DNA of 51,105 nucleotides from a virus, in IMG/VR virus record IMGVR_UViG_3300045988_086227. One strand, given 5' to 3'. Below are positions 7,470 to 14,990 of the stretch, piece by piece. How positions within the stretch are numbered: the stretch's first letter is position 1; the number at the start of each line of letters is the position of its first letter. Position numbers and translations under genes: made by a program. A model generated the notes under the pieces. That model was not told the origin of the DNA. It worked only from the letters and a program-made list of their open reading frames with translations, and ran no database searches.

Positions 7470-9908
7470 GTGGCGAAAGACCTTGACTACTATCTGGCGC
7501 AGGCACGCCGTATTGCCGAGCATCGGGAGGAAGGGGCAGAAGAAGCCATTAGCAAGGAGTTCAGGAAGCTGCTCAAAGACCTGAAATCCTACATTGCTGA
7601 TGTACATGAAAAGTATGCGGCAGGCGATGGCTCTCTGTCCTTTTCCGATCTACAAAAGGCAAGCTATGATGCCCGCTTCCTTGAAGAAATCGAGAAGCGC
7701 GTATCCGTTGCTACGCCCAAAGTGGCAAAGGAGTTGCACCAACTTGTAAACGATACTTACGAGCTGAGCTACAAGAGCATGATTGAGGGCGTTGATAAAG
7801 TCATGGCAGGTGCTGGTCTTGACGAAACGTTTGCCGATGCTTTGGCAATCACACCAGAGCAGATCAGGAAGGTAGTCAAGAATCCAATCATGGAAGTCGC
7901 GCTCGAAAAGAACCACCGGGACATCGTGTACGACATCAAGCAGGCAGTTGCAGTCGGATTGATGAACGGCGACCGGTACGCCACGATTGCCCAGAAAATC
8001 AATGTCGCACTGGATAAAGAGAACGGCTTATATAAGAACGCCATGCGGATTGCCCGCACGGAAGCACACCGCGTCCGAGAAGCAGGAAACAAGGATGCTG
8101 CTGAATCTGTAGATAAGGAACTACAGAACGGCACAACGGGAATGCGCATGTGCAAGACGTGGCATACCATGAAGGACGAGCGTGTGCGCCCACAACGCCG
8201 CCGGAGGGGGAAAAAGGGCTGGTCTACCAAGATGGGCAATGGCGCAAACCACATGAAGCTGGAAGGGCAGACGGTGCTCGCTGATGAACCGTTCGACCTT
8301 CTCGATGGCAACAAAGCCGATGCGCCGGGTCAGAGCGGCATTGCTGGGCATGACATCAACTGCCGGTGCTATGTGTCCTATGAGATGATGAACGATGCGG
8401 AGTTTTTTGCAAAGACGGGAAAACATTTTCCAGGGTCGCCTGCCGTATTGGAAGAGCAGACGCTCAAAAAAGAAATGACGCTGATTGGCGAACAAGGTAA
8501 GCTGAAAGCGGACTACAATGCCGTTGAAAATGAAATGCAGCAGCTTGATTCAAAACAGTTTGCGAACATCTGGAAGAATCCGGTCTCTGCGAAGGATTAT
8601 GAAGCACTGAAAGAGCGCCTCCCTGCAAAGAAAGCATATTTTCAAGCAAACAGCAAGACGGACATGCTGGCACTTTGCGATGAATTTGAGAAAACGGGAA
8701 AAAAATACGCACTCGCAAAGGACAAGCTCACAACGATTGAGAAGTCATTGGATAGTGTTTCGGATAATCTCAAAGCCACAAGACTTGAGTTGATGAAGGT
8801 TCGCGGCATTGACCCGAAGAAAATGCAGGAAGACATTGACGACCTGACGAAAAAAATAACGAATCTCAAATCGCCAGTCATGAAAAAGGTCTCAATGGGC
8901 ACAAAAGTCAAAAACTATGACCAGAAGCAGCTCAAAGATGCGTTGAAGGTCATCCTTCCTAATTCAGATGATGATGAACTTGACGCCATTCTGAAAAAGT
9001 ACGCTGATTCCACAATCAAGGGTCTTGTTGATGGTAGCACATACTTCTCATCTACCAAAACCGCGTTCAAGAAGAAGCTCGAAAGTCTTGCTGCAGTCCC
9101 CTCTGGTGATCCTTCGGAGATTAAGAGGCTGGAGAAACTCCTGAACGACAAAGCTGATGAACTTGCTAAAATCAAGAAGCGATACGGACTTGAACTGGAT
9201 GATAAATTCTCCAAGGAACGAAAGGACAAGGCATACTGGTTCACTGGTTCCGACGCAAAGCCTCGTGCGGATAAGGTGCTGCGCCCTGATACCGGTGCTG
9301 TATGGCAAGCTGCACGGGCGGAAGAACGCAAGGCTGCATTCGAGTATACAGCTGGGAGCGGTTCTTTTAACCGCCCTCTGCGCGGCTATGATGGCTCTTG
9401 GCACAACTTCAAAGGGGCGGGCAACGTTGACCTTAACAATGAGGGAAACGGCGAAGGCATTAAGCAATTGACAAACCTCATCAACAAGAGCAAGTACGAT
9501 TTCGACATCTGGCTTCAGCGTGGTATTGAAAGTGATTCTGGTGCAGCCGCATTCCTTGGTATCCCGGAAAAAATGTTAGATTACTCCGAAGATGAACTGA
9601 AACTGAAACTTCTTAACAAAGGTATAACGGATGATGCGTTTGTTTCTACGGCAGCGGCAAAGGGCAGCGGGTTCTCCGGTCGCTTGATTCTTAACATCTA
9701 TGCGCCAAAGGGTACAAAGATGATCTATGCTGAACCGTTTTCAAAATACGGGAGCGGAGCAGAACTAAACTGGGATGGTAAGACAGGGCAGAGCAGTTTC
9801 GGTAGTGAGTTCGAGGTTATACTGCAAAGAGGCACGAAATTTAGAATCACTAAGGTTAAAAAGTCCGGAAGCCGGATTTATGTTGATGTTGACATTGTTG
9901 GTCAGTAA
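7470..9908 (+). CDS. MuF/SPP1 gp7-like head morphogenesis protein fused to a C-terminal ADP-ribosyltransferase toxin domain
   Basis: The MuF-like N-terminal third ends at HDINCRCYV and is followed by a coiled-coil linker. The C-terminus carries R (NRPLRGY, R at 9381-9383), S-T (FVSTAAA, 9645-9650) and ExE (SEFEV, 9807-9815). Confidence 0.8.
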   Translation: MAKDLDYYLAQARRIAEHREEGAEEAISKEFRKLLKDLKSYIADVHEKYAAGDGSLSFSDLQKASYDARFLEEIEKRVSVATPKVAKELHQLVNDTYELSYKSMIEGVDKVMAGAGLDETFADALAITPEQIRKVVKNPIMEVALEKNHRDIVYDIKQAVAVGLMNGDRYATIAQKINVALDKENGLYKNAMRIARTEAHRVREAGNKDAAESVDKELQNGTTGMRMCKTWHTMKDERVRPQRRRRGKKGWSTKMGNGANHMKLEGQTVLADEPFDLLDGNKADAPGQSGIAGHDINCRCYVSYEMMNDAEFFAKTGKHFPGSPAVLEEQTLKKEMTLIGEQGKLKADYNAVENEMQQLDSKQFANIWKNPVSAKDYEALKERLPAKKAYFQANSKTDMLALCDEFEKTGKKYALAKDKLTTIEKSLDSVSDNLKATRLELMKVRGIDPKKMQEDIDDLTKKITNLKSPVMKKVSMGTKVKNYDQKQLKDALKVILPNSDDDELDAILKKYADSTIKGLVDGSTYFSSTKTAFKKKLESLAAVPSGDPSEIKRLEKLLNDKADELAKIKKRYGLELDDKFSKERKDKAYWFTGSDAKPRADKVLRPDTGAVWQAARAEERKAAFEYTAGSGSFNRPLRGYDGSWHNFKGAGNVDLNNEGNGEGIKQLTNLINKSKYDFDIWLQRGIESDSGAAAFLGIPEKMLDYSEDELKLKLLNKGITDDAFVSTAAAKGSGFSGRLILNIYAPKGTKMIYAEPFSKYGSGAELNWDGKTGQSSFGSEFEVILQRGTKFRITKVKKSGSRIYVDVDIVGQ

Positions 9909-9913
9909 CGGAG

Positions 9914-9942
9914 TTGCAATTATCGCGGAAACGTGGTAGAAT
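9914..9942 (+). promoter_or_regulatory. Sigma-70-type promoter with extended -10
   Basis: TTGCAA - 17 nt - TAGAAT, with TG one base upstream of the -10. About 30 nt upstream of ATG 9973. Confidence 0.55.
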
Positions 9943-9972
9943 ATATTATCCATTTATGGGAGGGGCATTGTC

Positions 9973-10173
9973 ATGGACAGAGACGAAGTCTTCCGCACAC
10001 GGGAACCTGATAGTGACATCCAGTGTAGAAATTGCAAATTTCGGCTCAACACCATTGAGGTGAGAGGCGAGAAGGTTGAAAGGTATAAGTTTTGCACATG
10101 CCATGCTTTCGAGAATAAACCGGATGAAGTTCTCTGGGAAGGTGGCAAGTGTGAGCTTTACCAGCCTGAATAA
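9973..10173 (+). CDS. Small Cys-rich protein (66 aa); candidate immunity protein for the ART toxin
   Basis: Strong RBS GGGAGGGG. Sequence has CRNC...CTC...C. It has its own promoter and two terminators. The immunity role is inferred from position only. Confidence 0.6.
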   Translation: MDRDEVFRTREPDSDIQCRNCKFRLNTIEVRGEKVERYKFCTCHAFENKPDEVLWEGGKCELYQPE

Positions 10174-10181
10174 CATACATT

Positions 10182-10215
10182 AGCGCTTTGCAGAGATGCG
10201 GAGCGCTTTTCTGTT
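10182..10215 (+). terminator. Rho-independent terminator T1
   Basis: 11-bp stem agcgctttgca / tgcggagcgct with a GAGA loop, followed by tttctgtt. Confidence 0.6.
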
Positions 10216-10224
10216 GGAAATAAA

Positions 10225-10250
10225 GGGCTGAATTCATTCAGTCCTTTTTG
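10225..10250 (+). terminator. Rho-independent terminator T2
   Basis: Stem gggctgaat / attcagtcc followed by tttttg. Confidence 0.65.
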
Positions 10251-10287
10251 TATGTTTCCTTTTCGACCGTCCATGGAGGTAGACAGT

Positions 10288-11796
10288 ATGGCGAATCCCA
10301 ACTTCTCCCCTACTTACTCGACGAACGAAATCTGGCGAGATACGAGCAGAAACCGTTGCTTGACTGATGACCTTGATGCCATCGAAAGTGACATTGAAAC
10401 ACTGGAAACGGGCAAAGCTGACGCTGACCATACTCACACGGGTTACGCGGCGGCGAATCACAGTCACAGTTACAACGACCTGACGAATAAACCAACGATT
10501 CCCACCATCCCTTCGTCGCTTCCGGCGAACGGTGGTAACGCCGACACAGTAGATGGAAAACATGCTGCGGAGTTCGCAGCGGCGGGACATTCGCATACTG
10601 ACTATGCTCCCAAGAGCCACACGCACGCTGGTTTCGCTGCCGCGAACCATACGCACAGCGGCTATGCAGCCACAAACCACACGCATACGGGGTATGCCGC
10701 TTCTGGTCACACGCACAGCTACAATGACCTGACCAATAAGCCCACCATTCCGAGTATTCCTGCTTCCCTCCCTGCAAACGGTGGCAATGCAGACACGTTG
10801 GATGGGAAACATGCTTCTGCATTTGCATCGGCAGCACATGTTCACGGCACTACGCCTGTGACAGAGGCGAACACCAATCTGAACGATTACGCGGTTGCAG
10901 GGGTCTATTCATTCTCCGTTGCGAATCAGCCCGTCAACAGACCTTCCGGGACTTCCAACGGCTGGCTGGTTGTCGTTCCGTGGACGAGCAACCCGACGAC
11001 GCAGACGGTCAAGCAGTTCTGGCTCAGGCACGGCGGCATCAACTCAACCGACCACGAGGTATACACCCGCACAAAGATCGGCGATTACGGCTGGAGTTCT
11101 TGGGCGAAGGTCATCACATCGAAAGATATGACGATTACCAAAGACAACGGCGATGTGTATGTGTCGTGGACGGGTCAGGATGTCGTCGCAAAGCTGACCG
11201 CGCTTGCTCCAGGCATGTATACTGCCTATTCACGAGGTGGCACATCGGCAGGAACGACCAATGCGCCGAACGGCACGGAGGGCTTCCGCTACATCATCCA
11301 CAAGACTGGTGAAAACACCACGAATTATGGATGGGTGCTTGCGTTCGGCACGTCTGGTTCCGTTTATGCAGGGTATCACGACGCTGGAACATGGCGCGGA
11401 TGGCGAGCACTCTACAAAGGACTGCCCGACCTTCTGTGGAGCGGTGTTTACTATATGAGTGCCAGCCAAACTGTCACGCCAACTAAGAAGCTGTCGGAGT
11501 GCAGGACAGGCTGGATGCTGCTGTGGAGCGACTACGATGCCAGCACCGGCACGGCGAATGATGGTGATTTCGTAACAACCATCATCCCGAAATTGAATCC
11601 TTCTGGCGGAACGTGGGCTGGCAAGTCGTTCTATTGCGATGTTCCGAGGTACATCGGTGCGAATCAGTCTGACGTGGCGACGGAAAGCCGGATTATCAAG
11701 ATGATTTATGTCCATGACAACAAGATTGTCGGTCATGCAGCAAACAACCAAGGTGTCCGCTCAGACGTTGTTCTGCGGGCAGTGTATGAAGTCTGA
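10288..11796 (+). CDS. Fibre protein with HxH repeats and a knob-like C-terminal domain
   Basis: ATG 10288 follows GGAGG. Repeated (H)THTGYAA / HSHSYNDLTNKPTIP..LPANGGNADT.DGKHA units. The C-terminus NLNDYAVAGVYSF...NGWLVVVPW...WSSWAKV resembles pyocin-knob-type domains. Confidence 0.7.
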   Translation: MANPNFSPTYSTNEIWRDTSRNRCLTDDLDAIESDIETLETGKADADHTHTGYAAANHSHSYNDLTNKPTIPTIPSSLPANGGNADTVDGKHAAEFAAAGHSHTDYAPKSHTHAGFAAANHTHSGYAATNHTHTGYAASGHTHSYNDLTNKPTIPSIPASLPANGGNADTLDGKHASAFASAAHVHGTTPVTEANTNLNDYAVAGVYSFSVANQPVNRPSGTSNGWLVVVPWTSNPTTQTVKQFWLRHGGINSTDHEVYTRTKIGDYGWSSWAKVITSKDMTITKDNGDVYVSWTGQDVVAKLTALAPGMYTAYSRGGTSAGTTNAPNGTEGFRYIIHKTGENTTNYGWVLAFGTSGSVYAGYHDAGTWRGWRALYKGLPDLLWSGVYYMSASQTVTPTKKLSECRTGWMLLWSDYDASTGTANDGDFVTTIIPKLNPSGGTWAGKSFYCDVPRYIGANQSDVATESRIIKMIYVHDNKIVGHAANNQGVRSDVVLRAVYEV

Positions 11797-11829
11797 CCAT
11801 CTCCCGACTTCCAAAAGGAAGGAAACAGA

Positions 11830-12294
11830 ATGCTGGATGTTATCGTCCGAATCATCAGAAAGGGGATGAATGCTGAGATGGCTGTTGTAAGGCTGCCGGA
11901 CATCACCGAAGAAGACGAAGGCAAGATTCTGATGGTGAAGAACGGATTGCCTGCATGGGGCAAAATGCCCATTCAGTACATCGAAAGCAAAAGCAACACG
12001 CCGGACGAGATAGTCGTACTGCGCGATCTGGAAGGCGGCAGTTACGTTCTAAATGGAACTTTCACGCCTTATGCAGGTTCAGGACGCTATCTGAAATTTA
12101 CCAGCGACATCATTGTGAACGTGGTCAAGGGGACGCTCGGCGGAGTGCCTACTTCACACTTGCAGGTATTCTATCCGCTGAACAACGTTGTCCAGTTCCT
12201 CAACATTACCGACGAAAGCTACAGCCGTACCGATGTAAAGCTGAATGAATTGTTGGAGCGTGTAGCGGCTCTGGAAGCTGCAAGCACCACCTAA
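11830..12294 (+). CDS. Hypothetical structural (fibre-associated) protein
   Basis: RBS AAGGAAGG. LPDITEEDEGKILMVKNGLPAW is a motif seen in fibre-module proteins. Its end, LLERVAALEA, resembles the end of 13125..13640. Confidence 0.5.
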   Translation: MLDVIVRIIRKGMNAEMAVVRLPDITEEDEGKILMVKNGLPAWGKMPIQYIESKSNTPDEIVVLRDLEGGSYVLNGTFTPYAGSGRYLKFTSDIIVNVVKGTLGGVPTSHLQVFYPLNNVVQFLNITDESYSRTDVKLNELLERVAALEAASTT

Positions 12295-12388
12295 TCGCGT
12301 TTCTTGCGCCCATCAAGGGCGAGGGAAAATACATCATCGGAGGTTGTAGCATGAAACGAATTCGGTACCCGTGCAGGAGGAAGTAGCA

Positions 12389-12529
12389 ATGGGCGAAAAC
12401 GTTGAAGTCATTGACAACTTGGACAGCCACGATTTTTCTGCTGCCCTTTCCGCGAATCAAGGTCGCGTGTTGCGCGAGATGATTGAGGACACGACGACCG
12501 ACACCGACATCGACGCAATTTTTGCATAA
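12389..12529 (+). CDS. Small fibre-related protein (46 aa)
   Basis: RBS GGAGGA 8 nt upstream. VIDNLDSHDFSAALSANQGRVL is a motif typical of fibre proteins. It ends DIDAIFA, like the next gene (EIDAIFA). Confidence 0.5.
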   Translation: MGENVEVIDNLDSHDFSAALSANQGRVLREMIEDTTTDTDIDAIFA

Positions 12530-12542
12530 AGGAGAATGAATC

Positions 12543-13109
12543 ATGAGCAAGCTCGTTAATCTGACCGGTCTTACCCGCTTCTGGACAAAGGCGAAGGACT
12601 ACATCGACACAGCGCTGAATGGCAAGGTAGACAAGGTCTCCGGCAAGGGGCTTTCCACCAATGACCTGACCGCGACGCTGAAAGGCAACTACGACGCAGC
12701 ATATACCCACAGCAATAACAACGCTGTCCATGTGACCGCCGCCCAGAAGACCGCGTGGGACGCAAAAGCGGACGGTGACCATAACCACAATGGGACATAT
12801 GCGCTTGCTTCCCATTCTCACGCCTATTCCGACTTGACTGGCAGACCCACAATCCCCACGAAGGTCTCTCAGCTGACGGATGCTGCCGACTACGTCAAGA
12901 AGACGGACATTACTGGTGTTTACAAGTACAAGGGTTCTGTCGCCAACGTTGGCGCGCTACCCACCACAAACGTTGCGGAGGGCGACGTGTATAATGTCGA
13001 GGCGGACGGCGGCAACTACGCATGGACTGGGGAGGCGTGGGATGCGCTGGGCGGCACTGTTGCCATCGAGACGGCGACGAATGCAGAAATTGATGCCATC
13101 TTCGCCTGA
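12543..13109 (+). CDS. Fibre-like protein
   Basis: GKGLSTNDLT motif, an HNHNGTYALASHSHAYSDLTGRPTIP HxH unit, and the C-terminal GDVYNVEADGGNYAWTGEAWDALGG. Confidence 0.6.
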   Translation: MSKLVNLTGLTRFWTKAKDYIDTALNGKVDKVSGKGLSTNDLTATLKGNYDAAYTHSNNNAVHVTAAQKTAWDAKADGDHNHNGTYALASHSHAYSDLTGRPTIPTKVSQLTDAADYVKKTDITGVYKYKGSVANVGALPTTNVAEGDVYNVEADGGNYAWTGEAWDALGGTVAIETATNAEIDAIFA

Positions 13110-13124
13110 TCGGAGGGATGAAGC

Positions 13125-13640
13125 ATGACCTTCATTACCCTTGAAGGACTGCGCCGGTTCTGGCAGAACGTCAGTCAACGTGCGAACGCCATTTATACGG
13201 CGGCGTCGTCGGATGGCGTGTCTTATACCGTGACAATTCCGGGCATTACGGAACTGAAACATGGCATGAGAATCACCATCAGCCCCGCTCGGAACTCAGC
13301 ATCAGCAAGTCCTACTCTGAACGTGAATCGGTTGGGCGCGCACGGCATTCGGCTTCCGCTTACGTTCAACAATGTGGCTTCTGCGACACCGAGCCTTGCG
13401 ACCTTCTATTCCGCAGGCAAACCGCTGCTCCTGATGTATGATGCAACTTATGCAGGCGGCGTTTGGAAGGCGATGGAGAAGCCCCGCGTATCTGCACAGG
13501 ACTTATACGGTGTAACCCCTATCGAGAGCGGCGGCACTGGGGCTGACAATGCGGCAGATGCGCTGACGAATCTCGGAGCGGCAAGCAAAGAATCGCTGGA
13601 CGCGCTTGTAGCGCGTGTTGCGGCGCTCGAATCCAAGTAA
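13125..13640 (+). CDS. Fibre-like protein, paralog of the distal part of tail fibre 29113..30090
   Basis: SSDGVSYTVTIPGITELKHG...LNVNRLGAHGIRLPL...SAQDLYGVTPIESGGTGA aligns by eye with STDGVTYTATVKGVTELKNG...LNVNSLGAKTVRIPL...SAQDLYGIVPIASGGTGA. Confidence 0.6.
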   Translation: MTFITLEGLRRFWQNVSQRANAIYTAASSDGVSYTVTIPGITELKHGMRITISPARNSASASPTLNVNRLGAHGIRLPLTFNNVASATPSLATFYSAGKPLLLMYDATYAGGVWKAMEKPRVSAQDLYGVTPIESGGTGADNAADALTNLGAASKESLDALVARVAALESK

Positions 13641-13645
13641 TACCC

Positions 13646-13687
13646 AAGGCATCATTTTCGTGAGGTCGCGAAAATGGTGCCTTTTCT
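13646..13687 (+). terminator. Rho-independent terminator
   Basis: 15-bp stem aaggcatcattttcg / cgaaaatggtgcctt (one G-U pair) followed by ttttct. Confidence 0.7.
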
Positions 13688-13689
13688 AT

Positions 13690-13764
13690 GCGGCTGTGGC
13701 GCAACGGTAGCGCAACGGACTTATAATCCGTGTGTCGTGGGTTCGACTCCTACCAGCCGTACCA
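13690..13764 (+). tRNA. tRNA-Ile, anticodon UAU, CCA encoded
   Basis: Hand-folded cloverleaf: acceptor GCGGCTG/CAGCCGT; D arm GCGC-AACGGTA-GCGC; anticodon arm ACGGA-CTTATAA-TCCGT; variable loop GTGTC; T arm GTGGG-TTCGACT-CCTAC; discriminator A plus CCA. Confidence 0.85.
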
Positions 13765-14023
13765 CCACGGGCGAAAGCCCGTGGCTTCATTGGGTGCCCT
13801 CCTTTCCTATAAGCCGTAGCCCGTAAAAGCGGCTCTGCTTGGCTTGCTGACGCACGTCAGGCAGCCCCAGCGCAATTCTGGTTGGGCATCAAACTTTGGT
13901 GGACGCAGCGACGCGAACTCGGAATGTGGGCGCGTACCTGTGGACTCATATATATCATGTGGGCTGTATGTTTCCGACATCAATGACGGGAACATGTGGA
14001 ACTCAAACGAGGAGGAAAACAAC

Positions 14024-14671
14024 ATGGCAGAAGCAGCAACGACCATCACTTCCCCAGCGACTGGAACTCCCGCAGCGGAGCAGCATACCAACACGGCAGC
14101 AAGCACGCCTGCGGCAGAACAACAGCAGCCAGTCGAAAACAAGGGCAGCAACATCGAGGAGGTGATTCAGAAGGCAGTTGACCGTGCGACCAATAAGCTC
14201 GGCAACGAAAACAAGAAGCTGCGCGGCGAAATCGAAACGCTCAAAAAGGCAAACATGGACGCGGACGAATTGAAGAATTTTGAGCTTTCAGAAAAGGAAA
14301 AGGAAATCGCCGAACGCGAGAAGGCACTTCTCGAAAAGGAAAACCGCCTGATTGCTATCAAGGAAATCAAGGCAGCCGGTCTGGATGACGGCAGTGACAC
14401 ATCTCTTGCGATTGTTGATTTCGTTATAGCCGAGGACGAGACAGCAATCAAAGAGCGAGTCAAGTCGTTTGATGCCCTTGTGAAACGCATTGTGAAGTCG
14501 CAGGTTGATGCTGTTTTCAAGACCAATGGGAGAACTCCCGGCGTTGGTACTGATACCGCAGCGGATGCTGGCGGCAAGAATGAAAACATTGCTGTTCGCA
14601 TGGGCAAGAATGCAGCGGCAACCAACCAGAAGTCTCGGTCTATTCTCGACGCTTATCTTGGAGGTAAATAA
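14024..14671 (+). CDS. Capsid scaffolding protein (DUF4355-like)
   Basis: ATG 14024 follows GAGGAGG. Charged coiled-coil protein (KKLRGEIETLKK...EKEKEIAEREKALLEKE) sitting upstream of the major capsid gene. Confidence 0.75.
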   Translation: MAEAATTITSPATGTPAAEQHTNTAASTPAAEQQQPVENKGSNIEEVIQKAVDRATNKLGNENKKLRGEIETLKKANMDADELKNFELSEKEKEIAEREKALLEKENRLIAIKEIKAAGLDDGSDTSLAIVDFVIAEDETAIKERVKSFDALVKRIVKSQVDAVFKTNGRTPGVGTDTAADAGGKNENIAVRMGKNAAATNQKSRSILDAYLGGK

Positions 14672-14672
14672 C

Positions 14673-14966
14673 ATGAAATATACCACGAACGCAGTAACTC
14701 GCTCCAACGAGATTCTGCACAATGACCACTATGTCGCCATTCCCTACAATTGCTCTGCGATTGATGCGAACAGCGATGGCGTTATCCCTGCGGGTACGAT
14801 TATTCCGAAGAATGATGCGACCGCTATCGGTGTTCTGCTGAATGATGTCGTGAAGGCTGAAAACCCCAACGGCACCGTCGTGATTCACGGCTTCATCAAG
14901 AAGTCCAAGTTACCCGTTGCCCCGGCGGGCACCGTGTCCATCCCCATGATTAAGTTCATGGACTAA
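14673..14966 (+). CDS. Head decoration-like protein (DUF2190-like)
   Basis: 97 aa between scaffold and major capsid, RBS GGAGGT. The pattern ...AIGVLLNDV...NGTVVIHGFI is recalled from DUF2190 proteins. Confidence 0.5.
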   Translation: MKYTTNAVTRSNEILHNDHYVAIPYNCSAIDANSDGVIPAGTIIPKNDATAIGVLLNDVVKAENPNGTVVIHGFIKKSKLPVAPAGTVSIPMIKFMD

Positions 14967-14990
14967 TCCTGAAACAAGGAGGAAAACAAC

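Noticed and set aside
10440-10830. Internally duplicated fibre segment, and fibre paralogs, considered as a diversity-generating retroelement or an invertible shufflon target.
   Set aside because: No reverse transcriptase or template repeat is present. The duplicated DNA has diverged at synonymous sites, and the paralogous segments are in direct orientation with no long identical runs for site-specific inversion.
13844-14023. Upstream extension of the scaffold ORF (track start 13844).
   Set aside because: The extension has no RBS and covers the structured spacer. ATG 14024 has a GAGGAGG RBS at ideal spacing.
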